A DNA stretch of 52,090 bases from Patescibacteria group bacterium (GTDB lineage: Bacteria > Patescibacteriota > Patescibacteriia > Veblenbacterales > UBA10138), in contig JBAZQK010000001.1 in assembly GCA_041645215.1 (NCBI GenBank), positions 1-52,090 on the forward strand, given 5' to 3'. Within the stretch, counting starts at the first letter, position 1, and each line of letters starts with the position of its first letter. Positions 17,183 to 27,672 of the stretch are shown here, in pieces. The notes below the pieces were generated by a model. It saw only the letters and a program-made list of their open reading frames with translations. It did not search any database and was not told where the DNA came from. The position numbers and the translations under genes were made by a program.

Positions 17183-17929
17183 TTACACACTTATAACTAT
17201 ATTCCTCAACTCTTTGGGTACTCGCGTCAGGTTTTTTATTCCCTTCTCCCCAACTACCACCATATCCTCAATCCTCACCCCGCCCCAACCTTTTAAATAA
17301 ACCCCGGGCTCAATTGTCATAACCATGCCGGGTTTTAATATATCTTTGCTCTTGGGTTTAAAATTCGGCCACTCGTGAATGGCAGTGCCAAGGCCATGTC
17401 CTAAACCATGGGTAAACGACTTTTTACCAAACTTTTTGTGTAAATAATTTCTAACTTTTCTATCCACCAGACTGGTTTGTTTTTGACCTTTAGCTAACAT
17501 AACTAAACCTCTATTTTGTGCTTCCAAAACCGCCTTATAAACCTTAATTTGTTTTTTACTTGGCCTACCAAAAATATAAGTCCTTGTCATATCTGAACAA
17601 TAACCATTTACCGTTGCCCCAAAATCAAACATCACCAAATCACCTTTTTTCAGTTTAGTTTTACCCGGCTGGTGATGAACATTGGCGGTATTTTTGCCAA
17701 AACTCACAATCGGCTCAAAAGCCAAAGCTTTAATGCCATAATGTTTCATTCGGCTCACAATAAACCCAGCCAAACTAATTTCAGTGACTCCAACTTTTAA
17801 CCTCGTCACCGCCTCATTCAAAACCATTTCGCTAATCCTTTGGGCCTTAATAATACTATTAAGCTCTAATTTAGTCTTAATGGCTTTTATCTCTTGAATA
17901 ACCGGTAGTTGATACTTATTCATATTCAT
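17183..17929 (-). CDS. M24 family (Xaa-Pro) aminopeptidase, catalytic domain only
   Basis: DFGA...GYCSDMTRT, HGLGHGLG..IHEWP, TIEPGVY, GGVRIED; start uncertain. Confidence 0.9.
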   Translation of the reverse strand: MNMNKYQLPVIQEIKAIKTKLELNSIIKAQRISEMVLNEAVTRLKVGVTEISLAGFIVSRMKHYGIKALAFEPIVSFGKNTANVHHQPGKTKLKKGDLVMFDFGATVNGYCSDMTRTYIFGRPSKKQIKVYKAVLEAQNRGLVMLAKGQKQTSLVDRKVRNYLHKKFGKKSFTHGLGHGLGTAIHEWPNFKPKSKDILKPGMVMTIEPGVYLKGWGGVRIEDMVVVGEKGIKNLTRVPKELRNIVISV

Positions 17930-17936
17930 TAAATAA

Positions 17937-19010
17937 CTAACCATTGCTTTTCGGCTCCTTACTATCAAAAACAATCGGCTCTAAAAATTCAGAACGATAT
18001 TTAGATGTCATACTAAATGTGCCATAGGGTGATTTTTTCACCTTATCCCAGCGCAAAGCTTGAGCTCTGGCAGAACCAATCAAATCTTTCTCTAATAAGG
18101 GCCTAGTGGCTAATTTCTGGCGAGCTTTAGACAAAGCTGACTCATTCTCAACAATCAACAAGCCATGAGTTTTTATGTCTAGTTCTGGCCTGACTTCAGC
18201 CATTAAATGTTCAAATCGGGGGCCGCTGCCAACATCGCCGGTAACTGAATCGCCTATAACTTCTAAACGATTATAAGAAACAGGAATATTGTCTTGTTCT
18301 AATTTTTCTATTAACCATTTCATTTTGTGTTCTTTGTCTCCCGGCACATCATCGTCAGTAGCACACTCAATAAACTTATCCGCCAAACCAGTGTACTTTA
18401 AAATTTCCAAAATAAACCCCCGCGGATTAGCCGTCATACCAACCATGGGCACACCCAAACGTTTATATTCTTCCGCCAGTTGAAAAACTGGGCCGATTTT
18501 AGCTTTATCATAACTCTCCGGGTCTTTTTTATAAATATCACGAGCTATCTGAGTTGCCATTTCGTCAAATCTTTTTAATTCAGTCGCGGCTATCTCATGG
18601 TACTCATCACCTGGCAGATTAATATTCTGACCTTCTGTTTCCAAAAAATCCTTTTCATAATAGTCAGCGTCCGCCCAGGTTGAATATTTGTCATCGTCAG
18701 GATTATCATTCAGCATCTTCATTCTATACATTTCTTTGAACATTGTGCCTAGTCTGAATCCAGCCAAATGTATATCATCAACCTTGCTGGAATCAATATT
18801 TGGCCACAATTTCCTTCTAACTTCAGGGTATAACAATTCTTCTAAGTTTAAAAAGGTCAGATCAATATCAAAAAAAGCCGTCAACGGCACAACCCCTTCG
18901 GCCGTACGAGCCAGACGAATTTCAGCGTTCTTCCCTTCAAGATTTTGCAGATGTGACTTAACTAACAGTGATTCTGATTTTTCTTTGTTAATTTCCATTT
19001 CCTCTTTCAT
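17937..19010 (-). CDS. HAD-superfamily-like hypothetical protein
   Basis: FFDIDLTF (motif I), MTANP (motif II), IGDSVTGDV (motif IV), with a long cap insertion. Confidence 0.6.
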   Translation of the reverse strand: MKEEMEINKEKSESLLVKSHLQNLEGKNAEIRLARTAEGVVPLTAFFDIDLTFLNLEELLYPEVRRKLWPNIDSSKVDDIHLAGFRLGTMFKEMYRMKMLNDNPDDDKYSTWADADYYEKDFLETEGQNINLPGDEYHEIAATELKRFDEMATQIARDIYKKDPESYDKAKIGPVFQLAEEYKRLGVPMVGMTANPRGFILEILKYTGLADKFIECATDDDVPGDKEHKMKWLIEKLEQDNIPVSYNRLEVIGDSVTGDVGSGPRFEHLMAEVRPELDIKTHGLLIVENESALSKARQKLATRPLLEKDLIGSARAQALRWDKVKKSPYGTFSMTSKYRSEFLEPIVFDSKEPKSNG

Positions 19011-19064
19011 ATTGTTATTGTTTCCAAAATATATTATGGCTAATCATATAAAAAGTCAATATTG

Positions 19065-20042
19065 TTAGTTACCGACTACTTCTTTGTTAAAATTATCCTC
19101 TCCATACTCAACAAATCTTTTTAAAAAACCATAGTGGTCAACTACTGTCTGCTGGCGATGGTCATCACTCCCATAAACCACGTTCCAACGATTAAATTCC
19201 AAGACAAATGATAAAAATCTAGCTTTAATCAAATTATACAAAAAACTCAGTTCTTTTGAAGACAGGGGATTAAGCTTCAAATATGTTCCTACAAACAATT
19301 TACCTTGATAAGGATTCCAATTATAACAAAAGGTTGTTAAATGAAGACTAACTGCTAAATTCTGAATATATGGACTAAAAGCCATATCGGAAAAATCAAT
19401 AATCGCCTGCAAGTTATCGGCACTAACCAGCCAGTTGTGAGGTACTATATCATTATGAATTAAACCTTTTGGCAAATTATCAAATTCATTTTTACATTTT
19501 TTAAATTCAGTAAATACATCAACCAGGACACCTCGGTCAAAACCTACCGGCAAATATTCCAAAGTGTTTTCCAGTATAAGAGTATTTTTTAAATCCCATT
19601 CATAATTTTGTCTGGTTCTACTGCCGTCTGAAAACTTTTTTAACAATAAATCCATCTTACCGGCCTGCTCGGCTACTGATACCACCAATCCATCAGATAA
19701 AATCTTTTGGTCCATATTCTCACCGGCAATATAACCCATAACTATTGAATATTTGTCTCCTATCACGGTCTCCAATTTACCCGCTTTATTTTGTAATATA
19801 TGCGGTGTTTTTAAACTCATCTGAAAACAATAGTCCATCACCTCCAATTCAAACAAAATATTCTCCGGTCTAATACCTATTCCTTCAAAAATTTTAATGA
19901 CAAATATGTTTACATCGGTTTCAATATAATAGTTCGAATTCTCATAGCCAGAAGTATAAAGAAAAAACTTCTTTATTTGGCCTAAGTCCAAATAATTATC
20001 AAGAATACTTTGCAAAAAACCTTGTTTATACTCTTGACGCAT
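19065..20042 (-). CDS. APH/homoserine-kinase type II-like phosphotransferase
   Basis: SGYENSNY, GLIHNDIVPHN, IIDFSD. Confidence 0.85.
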   Translation of the reverse strand: MRQEYKQGFLQSILDNYLDLGQIKKFFLYTSGYENSNYYIETDVNIFVIKIFEGIGIRPENILFELEVMDYCFQMSLKTPHILQNKAGKLETVIGDKYSIVMGYIAGENMDQKILSDGLVVSVAEQAGKMDLLLKKFSDGSRTRQNYEWDLKNTLILENTLEYLPVGFDRGVLVDVFTEFKKCKNEFDNLPKGLIHNDIVPHNWLVSADNLQAIIDFSDMAFSPYIQNLAVSLHLTTFCYNWNPYQGKLFVGTYLKLNPLSSKELSFLYNLIKARFLSFVLEFNRWNVVYGSDDHRQQTVVDHYGFLKRFVEYGEDNFNKEVVGN

Positions 20043-20050
20043 AATCTTTT

Positions 20051-20944
20051 CTAAAGCTTACTCAAAATAATTTTGTGTATTTTTCCGTTGGTCGCCAGCA
20101 AATCAATATTCGCCATTACCTTACCTTGTCTATCATAAATTGACCAAGGTTTATTCTTAAAATCCGTCACCTTACCGCCGGCTTCTTGCACCAACAAAAT
20201 GCCGGCCGCCGCGTCCCAGGGTTTGGTGCCGGGAATAACAATGCTTTCGGTGCGGCCGGCCGCTACCCAAGCTAACTCAATGGCCGCGCTGCCCAATTGA
20301 CGCATGTCTAAACTTTTTAATTTAAAATATTTATAAAGTTCCACTGCTCTTTTTATGTGTTTACTTTCAGAACCGTGGCAATAAGTTAAAAATGATTTTT
20401 TAATATCTTTAGTTTTTGACACTTTAAGTTTATGGCCATTCAAATAAGCGCCCTGGCCTTTTTCGGCCACATACATCTCTTTTAAATATGGCACATAAAC
20501 CGCACCAACAAGCGGCTTGGCTTTATAGTATAAACCTATAGAAACAGAAAACAATGGATTGTGAACGCAAAAATTAGTGGTGCCGTCCAACGGGTCCACC
20601 ACCCATAAATAATCCGATTCTTTATTTTCCCCCTCTTGAGATAAGAGGTGGTTAGGGGGCGTTATAATTTTTTTCCTATTCATAACTCCCTTAATCCCTC
20701 TTACCTTAAGAGGGATATCATGTGAAAACGTCCTCATTAACCCCGATTCCTCACTTAATATACTAAAATCTGGTGTATACTTTTTTAGTTCTGACAAAAT
20801 TATTTTTTCCGAAGTTAAATCAGCTTTAGTCACAATTTCGTGCGACTGTTTTAGTTCCCAACTAATAATGCCTTTACTAAATTCTTTGACTAAATAATCT
20901 CCGGCTTTTTGAGCAGCCCGAGCAGCAATATTTTTGTAATTCAT
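20051..20944 (-). CDS. suhB: Inositol monophosphatase family protein with an in-frame repeat-derived insert
   Basis: TKAD, ILSEES, WVVDPLDGTTNF, GSAAIELAWVAAG, PWDAAAG. Confidence 0.9.
   Translation of the reverse strand: MNYKNIAARAAQKAGDYLVKEFSKGIISWELKQSHEIVTKADLTSEKIILSELKKYTPDFSILSEESGLMRTFSHDIPLKVRGIKGVMNRKKIITPPNHLLSQEGENKESDYLWVVDPLDGTTNFCVHNPLFSVSIGLYYKAKPLVGAVYVPYLKEMYVAEKGQGAYLNGHKLKVSKTKDIKKSFLTYCHGSESKHIKRAVELYKYFKLKSLDMRQLGSAAIELAWVAAGRTESIVIPGTKPWDAAAGILLVQEAGGKVTDFKNKPWSIYDRQGKVMANIDLLATNGKIHKIILSKL
20627..20734. repeat. Double-hairpin palindromic element inserted in frame in suhB
   Basis: CCCTCTTGAGATAAGAGG (20631-20648) and ATCCCTCTTACCTTAAGAGGGAT (20694-20716). Confidence 0.8.
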
Positions 20945-20946
20945 AG

Positions 20947-21585
20947 TTAAAACTCCATTTCTTCGCTTAAATTAGGCAATAAATATCTAATTCCCAAGGG
21001 CGTTAAAACTTTATCAGGAATAACTTTATAGGCGTGTCCCACCGCTTTTAGATTACCATCGTGCACTGGGAAACAACTTTGCGGTTTTACTTGCTGTACA
21101 TAATCCAGAGCTTCCATAATGTCTAACCACGGCGCGGTGATGGGGAAAGCTAAAATTTCCACTGGTTTATTAGGCACGGTTAAGGCATCGCCTGGATAAA
21201 AGAACCGATTAGCAATAAAATAACCAGTATTATCAATAATAGGGATTATTGGATGAATTAAGTGATGTTTAATCCCCACACCCTCAACCAAAACCCCCTT
21301 CTCGGTTGCGCTTTGTCCGTTTTCAACTACAACATAAGGTACACGTTCTTTATCTAATAACAACCCAACACTATGATTGGTGATAATCTTAGCTTGCGGG
21401 TTATTTTGCAACACGGCTTTCAGCGACGGAATATGTAAATGGTCGCCATGCTCGTGGGTAATTAAAATAATATCAATACCTGTTACCAAGTTCTGTTCAG
21501 TTGTATAATCGCCCGGGTCAGTTAAAATTTTTAAGCCGTTTTCTTCTATTAACAGGCAACAATGGCCAAATTTAGTGATTTTCAT
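20947..21585 (-). CDS. Metallo-beta-lactamase-fold hydrolase
   Basis: FGHCC, LTDPG, ITHEHGDH, YPGDA, FPVHDG. Confidence 0.9.
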   Translation of the reverse strand: MKITKFGHCCLLIEENGLKILTDPGDYTTEQNLVTGIDIILITHEHGDHLHIPSLKAVLQNNPQAKIITNHSVGLLLDKERVPYVVVENGQSATEKGVLVEGVGIKHHLIHPIIPIIDNTGYFIANRFFYPGDALTVPNKPVEILAFPITAPWLDIMEALDYVQQVKPQSCFPVHDGNLKAVGHAYKVIPDKVLTPLGIRYLLPNLSEEMEF

Positions 21586-21592
21586 AAGTTAT

Positions 21593-22246
21593 TTATTTAA
21601 TAACCCGCTTTAAAAAGTCTTCAATGTCCAACATTAGATCTTTTAACAACACGTGCATATCATTGGTGAAAATATCAGGAAATTGATTCATTTCTTTAAT
21701 TAATTCAGGTAATGTGTAAAACAACACTCCTTTGGCTTCGCGATCCACGGGTTTAATACTGCCATCATAAATACCAAAATAGGCATGAACTTTATTGGCA
21801 ATAATTATTTTCTCATCGTTTATTACCTTCTCTAGTTCATATATCTTGCTACGTGAATGTTTTACTACGGAAATAGTGGTTAAATAGTCGCCCAATAATA
21901 CTAAGGTTTTTTCAAAGTCATTACTACCTTTCAATACTATTGAGGGGGTTTGTAACTCCTGTATGGTTTCCACCATCACCGCATAATCTGGGGAGTCGCC
22001 ATAAGCCACATGCCCGCCTACAGATTTGTCCAACATACCGGGGTTGTGTTTTTTATCATATGATCTTTTTTGCACCAATAACTCACCATTACTATTAAAA
22101 ATAAATACATTAACAACTTCGCAAGCTTTTGATGGTTTACCGGTTTCCTTAAAAACCTTAACTTGGTCTGAATAAAACTCATCGCGCGCCATGGGTATGG
22201 AGCGCTCGACATCATTTAATAAAAATGTGCTTAATATTTCGCTCAT
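21593..22246 (-). CDS. NUDIX hydrolase (IDI-like)
   Basis: FIFNSNGELLVQKRS..K...PG.LD.SVGGHV..G...AV..E..QEL. Confidence 0.8.
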   Translation of the reverse strand: MSEILSTFLLNDVERSIPMARDEFYSDQVKVFKETGKPSKACEVVNVFIFNSNGELLVQKRSYDKKHNPGMLDKSVGGHVAYGDSPDYAVMVETIQELQTPSIVLKGSNDFEKTLVLLGDYLTTISVVKHSRSKIYELEKVINDEKIIIANKVHAYFGIYDGSIKPVDREAKGVLFYTLPELIKEMNQFPDIFTNDMHVLLKDLMLDIEDFLKRVIK

Positions 22247-22247
22247 A

Positions 22248-23105
22248 TTATTTACCTCTAAACTTCTTAAGTATAGCTAAATTTCTGGGGTCGTCGCCAG
22301 TTTCATCTTTTGGCGTTTCAATAACAAAGTTGGCATTTTTTAATCTTTTGTCCTGTACCAAGGTTTTAAAACCAGCCAAGCCGATTTTACCATTGCCTAA
22401 ATGTTCGTGCCTGTCTTTGTGTTCGCCCAAACCGAATCTGGAATCGTTGCAATGAATTAATTTTAACCTGTCTAAACCAATAATATCATCAAACTCCTCT
22501 AAAGTCTTGCTAACCGCGTCTTTGGTTTGTAAATCGTAGCCCGAGGCAAAAACGTGGCACGTATCAAAACACACACCAATGGTATTTTTTAATTTTTTAT
22601 TACCCTGTTCCACTTGTTTAATAATTTTGGCCACTTCTTCAAATTTATCACCTATTACCATGCCGGCCCCGGCTGAAAGCTCAATTAAAAACTGGGTTAA
22701 TCCAGTATAACCACTAAGCATTCGCTTTAACCCCTCCACCACATAAACCATACCCTGTGCCTCGCCCACCTCTCGCGAGCTTCCCAAATGAGCCATCACA
22801 TATTCACAGCCTAAAACCGAACCCCGTTCCAACTCTTGTCGAATCACACTGGCTGAACTGTGGCGAATATTGTTTTTAGCAGACGCAAAGTTTATATAAT
22901 AGGGCGCGTGAATATAAGTTTCAACCTGTTTACATTTTTTACAATTATTTTTAAATGCCTTAACCAAACCGGGTGTTAATTCCGGAGCTGGCCCGCCTTG
23001 GGGTGAACGCGAAAAAAACTGAAATACCTCGCAGCCTACGGCTTGGGCGCGTTCGGGCGCCTTTTCCACCCCGCCGGCTGCTGATACATGAGAACCGAAT
23101 AACAT
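22248..23105 (-). CDS. nfo: Endonuclease IV (AP endonuclease)
   Basis: GSHVSAAGG, IHAPYYIN, CFDTCH.FASGYD, HCNDS, DRHEHLG.G.IG, IETP. Confidence 0.96.
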   Translation of the reverse strand: MLFGSHVSAAGGVEKAPERAQAVGCEVFQFFSRSPQGGPAPELTPGLVKAFKNNCKKCKQVETYIHAPYYINFASAKNNIRHSSASVIRQELERGSVLGCEYVMAHLGSSREVGEAQGMVYVVEGLKRMLSGYTGLTQFLIELSAGAGMVIGDKFEEVAKIIKQVEQGNKKLKNTIGVCFDTCHVFASGYDLQTKDAVSKTLEEFDDIIGLDRLKLIHCNDSRFGLGEHKDRHEHLGNGKIGLAGFKTLVQDKRLKNANFVIETPKDETGDDPRNLAILKKFRGK

Positions 23106-23290
23106 ATAAACAGAATTACGAATTAAGAATTAGGAACCAAGAATAAAATCACAAAGCTCTGACTCTAACCAATAAATTAATTTCTTAAAACACAGACAAC
23201 TGGCTGACTTTGACAACCAAACCCTAGTGGTATAAATTGCCCTATAGTCAATGTAACAAAAAAACCAACAATAACAAAGTCGAGGCTAAA

Positions 23291-23575
23291 ATGGCACAAG
23301 TTAAAAAGGTTACAAAAATTAAAAAAACCGCTATCAGTCTAGAAGATTTTAACAATCTAACCACTGGCGACATTATAATTGATGGTTGTAATCTGGAATG
23401 GCTAGTTGTACCCAAAGCCGCCTTAATTACAATAGACGCCTACCAATGCTTAAAACCATCATGCCATCCCGACACAATGATTGTTATTTGGCATAAAGGC
23501 AAGTTAGTAGATGAGAACCATAAAATAATCACCGAGCTTAATACCGGCGAAGAACAAATAAAACTAGCGGCTTAA
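23291..23575 (+). CDS. Hypothetical protein
   Basis: ORF with GAGG before ATG (MAQVKK), followed by a terminator hairpin. Confidence 0.55.
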   Translation: MAQVKKVTKIKKTAISLEDFNNLTTGDIIIDGCNLEWLVVPKAALITIDAYQCLKPSCHPDTMIVIWHKGKLVDENHKIITELNTGEEQIKLAA

Positions 23576-23591
23576 TATTTATGAGCAAACA

Positions 23592-23629
23592 AAAAACCCA
23601 TTGGACTATTGCTACACCAATGGGTTTTT
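23592..23629. terminator. Bidirectional terminator-like hairpin
   Basis: AAAAACCCATTGG...CCAATGGGTTTTT between convergent genes. Confidence 0.7.
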
Positions 23630-23636
23630 ATATTAA

Positions 23637-24908
23637 TTACTTAACCAGTTTCTGCTTTAACCACTCAATCACCCGCTGGTTTAACAAACGACTTTTTAAA
23701 TAAGCGCGATAATCATCACCCTGAAGATACCCCAAGGTCCGGGAATCATTAGTGTACTGCGCCAGCAGCGGCGCCAGTTCGGCCTCAATTGTGCTGTCTT
23801 CAATGGCAAAATTTTGCGCCCGCGCCAAAGCCCGCGTTAGCAAGGCCAGCTTAACTCTTTTTTCAGCTGGTGATTTAAATTCCTGTCTTAAGGCGGACTC
23901 GTCTTTTTTAAGATGAGACAAATAATCCGGCCATGACAAACCTCTCTGCTCCACTGAATGCGACAGCTCGTGAACCATTGAGTCCAATTCCTGCTCAACC
24001 AGCATTTCCGGCAATTCGGTAAAATTAGCCGCCTTAAGCATTTCTTCCAGCATTTCACGCTCGACTCTTTCTTCCTCGCGAAACGTATGATCATCTAACA
24101 TATTCTTTTTCAACTGTTCATTCAAATCGGCCACTGATTTAAAACTGCCCAATGAGGCGGCAAAAGCATCGGTTAACTCCGGTAATTGACGCTCAAACAA
24201 CTGGTTAAGCTTTAATTTAACCTGCGCCTCTTGGCCCGCCAGCGGGGGACGGTAATTATCAGGAAATTTCATGCTAAAAGTTTTTTCCTGGCCCGGTTCA
24301 ACCCCCACCACCGCTTCCTCAAAACCAAAAATAAGCTGACCTTTGCCTAGTATGGCTTTATAATGCGATTGTTTGCCATCTTCAATTACCACCTTAGCAA
24401 ACGAAATTTCAAAGTCAATATCTACCAAGTCGCCCAACTTGGCCGCTCTAGTTACGGCCGCCTCACTGGCTCGCCCCTCTCTTATATCAGTAAGCAGCTT
24501 GGCAATCTCAACCTCGCTAACGCTCACTGGCTTGCGCACAATCTTTATTTTGTCCCATTTTCCCAAATCAACCTCCGGCAAAACCACCACTGTCAAAGAA
24601 AAACTCAAAGGCGAAGCTAAAATTAAATTTACCTCCGGCTGGCCAATAGTTTCCAAATTATTTTCCGTTGCTAATTTCGGATAAAGTTCACGCACCGCCT
24701 CCAGCATGGTCTCTTGGTTTATGGTGTCATCACCCAAACGACTCTTTAACATTTGCAGTGGAACCTTACCGGGACGAAACCCTTTAACCACCTGTTCGCT
24801 GTTTAAATGCTTGAGGGCGCGGTCGACATATTTAACAGTTTCTTCCGGTGTAAGCGCAAAGATAATTTTAATCTTGCTGCCTTTAATTTTTTCAATTACT
24901 TGCTCCAT
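23637..24908 (-). CDS. tig: Trigger factor
   Basis: VKGFRPGKVP signature, FKBP-like middle domain. Confidence 0.96.
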   Translation of the reverse strand: MEQVIEKIKGSKIKIIFALTPEETVKYVDRALKHLNSEQVVKGFRPGKVPLQMLKSRLGDDTINQETMLEAVRELYPKLATENNLETIGQPEVNLILASPLSFSLTVVVLPEVDLGKWDKIKIVRKPVSVSEVEIAKLLTDIREGRASEAAVTRAAKLGDLVDIDFEISFAKVVIEDGKQSHYKAILGKGQLIFGFEEAVVGVEPGQEKTFSMKFPDNYRPPLAGQEAQVKLKLNQLFERQLPELTDAFAASLGSFKSVADLNEQLKKNMLDDHTFREEERVEREMLEEMLKAANFTELPEMLVEQELDSMVHELSHSVEQRGLSWPDYLSHLKKDESALRQEFKSPAEKRVKLALLTRALARAQNFAIEDSTIEAELAPLLAQYTNDSRTLGYLQGDDYRAYLKSRLLNQRVIEWLKQKLVK

Positions 24909-24932
24909 GATAAAAAATCAAAGTTTAAATAC

Positions 24933-25352
24933 CTGCCCGACGCTAGCCTTACTCAATTAACCAATAGTTGTTTAATTACCTTATATATATTCACCGCTAG
25001 ATTATGTTTAAGACTTTGGCTTTGGCAGGCGGGTCAAAAATCAAAATTGTTGATTAAAATACAAAATATTTTTTTAATTTTACATTGCCTGCCCGCCATC
25101 AGCTTCTTGCAATCAACGAGTTTAATAAAATATATTGTGCTAATAAATTGTAGCGTAGTTTATAAGGTACAGGCTTAGGCCGGCGGGCCTGCCCACCGCT
25201 CGCCTTACCTAGTTAACCGATTATTATAAAATTACAGTACTATTACCCGCCTGCCTAAGCCTATACCCAATAAACCCGCGCTACCAGAACCATAACTCAT
25301 ACTTTATTTCAGATTTGTTGATTGCAGGAGGTCACTGGCGGGCAGGTTTACA
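24933..25352. repeat. Stack of MITE/REP-like units (CCTGCCCGCC...GGCAGGCGGG; GTAYAGGCTTAGGC)
   Basis: Units near 24933-25033, 25088-25187 and 25167-25266; the last has a 21-bp inverted repeat with 2 mismatches. Confidence 0.7.
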
Positions 25353-25399
25353 GTTAGAGCTTATCTAGAATATCAGCTTTAGCTGGCGGTCATTTTCCA

Positions 25400-25545
25400 T
25401 TTTTCGTACCCGAGGTCATCCCTACGAGAGATATCCCGCAGGGACACAGATCTCCGCCGGCACGCCCCGCCAAAGGCGAGGCTCCGCCGAATGGCGGGCC
25501 GAGGGAGGCGGATGGACCTTGGGTGCACGCCTTGGGCGGAGATTT
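25400..25545. repeat. Nested GC-rich palindromic repeats
   Basis: GTACCCGAGGTC...GACCTTGGGTGCAC enclosing CCGCCAAAGGCG and CCGCCGAATGGCGG hairpins. Confidence 0.55.
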
Positions 25546-25645
25546 TTTAATTTTAAATTAGAAATGCCGCGACATTCAATATTTTAATCACCCCCGCAAA
25601 TTCGCTCAGCTTGCGCCGGGCGAGACGTAGCGCTAATCACGGTCA

Positions 25646-27643
25646 TTATACCAAAAGAGCCACGAGCAAAAGCGCAACCACATTCAAAATCTTGATCATG
25701 GGGTTAATGGCTGGGCCAGCCGTATCTTTATAAGGGTCGCCCACGGTGTCGCCGGTAATCGCGGCCTGATGAGCCAAACTGCCCTTACCGCCAAAATTTC
25801 CGGCTTCAATGTATTTTTTGGCGTTATCCCAGGCCGCGCCGCCAGTCGTCATTGATACCGCCACAAATAAACCGGTTACAATACTGCCGACCAATACGCC
25901 GCCTAAAGCTTGCGGACCTAAAATAAATCCTACCACAATCGGCACCACGACTGGCAATAAAGCCGGCGCGATCATTTCGCGCAACGCACTCTTAGTCACA
26001 ATATCAACCGCCTGGCCGTACTCGGGTTTAGCCGTGCCGTCCATAATTCCCGGAATTTCCCGAAACTGACGGCGCACTTCCTCCACCACTTGGCCAGCGG
26101 CCTTACCAACCGCCTCCATCGACCAAGCGCCAAATAAATATGGCAACAAACCGCCAATAAAAAGACCAACCAATACTTTGGGGTCATCAAGTAAAAAATT
26201 AATAGTTACGCCGTAATTGCTAAATTCTTGCACATAAGCCGAAAACAAAACTAGCGCGGCCAAGGCGGCCGACCCAATGGCGTAACCTTTAGTAACAGCC
26301 TTAGTGGTATTGCCAACGGCATCCAACGGATCAGTGACAGCGCGAACCTCGTCCGGTAACTTTGCCATTTCCGCAATACCGCCGGCATTGTCCGTAATTG
26401 GCCCATAGGCGTCAATCGCCACAATAATACCGGTTAAAGACAACATACTCATGGCGGCAATCGCCACGCCATAAATTCCCGCCAAAGAAAAAGCTGATAA
26501 AATCGCCGCCCCAATCACCACTACCGGCCAAGCGGTTGATTTCATTGACACTGCCAAGCCGCGAATTATATTAGTGCCGTGGCCGGTGGTGGAAGCCTGC
26601 GCAATTGATTGAACCGGTTGGTGTTCGGTTGAAGTGTAATATTCGGTAATAACAACCAACAAACCAGTCACCGCTAAACCAATCAACGAACTTAAAAAAA
26701 TATTAATCTCGCCATAAAGGCCGTTGCCGGTCATTAATTTTGGTGTCACAAAATAAAACGCTGCCGCCGCCAGGACACCGGCCGTTATTAACCCTTTATA
26801 CATGGCGCCCATAATTTTCTGTTTATCAGTTAACTTAATTACTAAACTGCCAACCAGTGAAGACAGCACTGAAATTCCACCCAGTACCAACGGATAAATA
26901 ATGGCGTTGTCAAAATTTTTAAAAACTAACGAACCCAGCAACATCGCCGCCACCGCCGTAACCGCGTACGACTCATACAAGTCTGCCGCCATGCCGGCGC
27001 AATCGCCCACATTATCTCCTACCAAATCAGCAATTACCGCCGGATTGCGCGGATCGTCTTCGGGAATGTTGCTCTCTACCTTACCCACCAAATCAGCGCC
27101 GACATCAGCCGCTTTGGTATAAATGCCGCCACCCAAGCGGGCAAATACCGAAATCAAGCTACCACCAAAACCCAAACCGATTAGGGCTGGCAAATTTCCC
27201 CCCGACAACCAATAAAATCCCGCCACCCCCAACAAAGCCAATCCCACTACTAATAATCCGGTTACGGTTCCACCCTTAACCGCCACGCTAAAAGCTTGAG
27301 CCATACCGCTTTTAGCCGCCTCGGCCGTACGCACATTGGCCCGCACCGAAATATTCATACCAATAAATCCGGCTAAAGCCGAAAACAAAGCTCCCACCAA
27401 AAACGCTACCGCCGTTGACCAATTCCAAAACAACCATAATAGAACAAATACTACGGCAGCGATCCAAACCACTGTCTTATATTGACGAATCAGGTAGGCT
27501 TTGGCGCCGGCTTGAATAGCGGCTGCTATATCTTTCATGCGGTCCGAACCAGTGGGCAATTTTAAAATGGCGCGGGCCAAAAACAAGCCATAAACTATTA
27601 CCACCACCGCGGAAATTATGGCAAAAGTAACGTAATTAAACAT
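25646..27643 (-). CDS. hppA: Membrane-integral pyrophosphatase, predicted K+-independent H+-pumping type
   Basis: [34 protein letters not shown] (Lys at the K+-determining site), [10 protein letters not shown]. Confidence 0.93.
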   Translation of the reverse strand: MFNYVTFAIISAVVVIVYGLFLARAILKLPTGSDRMKDIAAAIQAGAKAYLIRQYKTVVWIAAVVFVLLWLFWNWSTAVAFLVGALFSALAGFIGMNISVRANVRTAEAAKSGMAQAFSVAVKGGTVTGLLVVGLALLGVAGFYWLSGGNLPALIGLGFGGSLISVFARLGGGIYTKAADVGADLVGKVESNIPEDDPRNPAVIADLVGDNVGDCAGMAADLYESYAVTAVAAMLLGSLVFKNFDNAIIYPLVLGGISVLSSLVGSLVIKLTDKQKIMGAMYKGLITAGVLAAAAFYFVTPKLMTGNGLYGEINIFLSSLIGLAVTGLLVVITEYYTSTEHQPVQSIAQASTTGHGTNIIRGLAVSMKSTAWPVVVIGAAILSAFSLAGIYGVAIAAMSMLSLTGIIVAIDAYGPITDNAGGIAEMAKLPDEVRAVTDPLDAVGNTTKAVTKGYAIGSAALAALVLFSAYVQEFSNYGVTINFLLDDPKVLVGLFIGGLLPYLFGAWSMEAVGKAAGQVVEEVRRQFREIPGIMDGTAKPEYGQAVDIVTKSALREMIAPALLPVVVPIVVGFILGPQALGGVLVGSIVTGLFVAVSMTTGGAAWDNAKKYIEAGNFGGKGSLAHQAAITGDTVGDPYKDTAGPAINPMIKILNVVALLLVALLV

Positions 27644-27672
27644 AGTTTTTGCAATTAATTATATTGCTTAAA

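Noticed and set aside
25380-25640. Structured ncRNA (SRP, RNase P or riboswitch) here or at 37460-37620
   Set aside because: No diagnostic conserved motifs were found; the hairpins match the dispersed palindromic repeat families.
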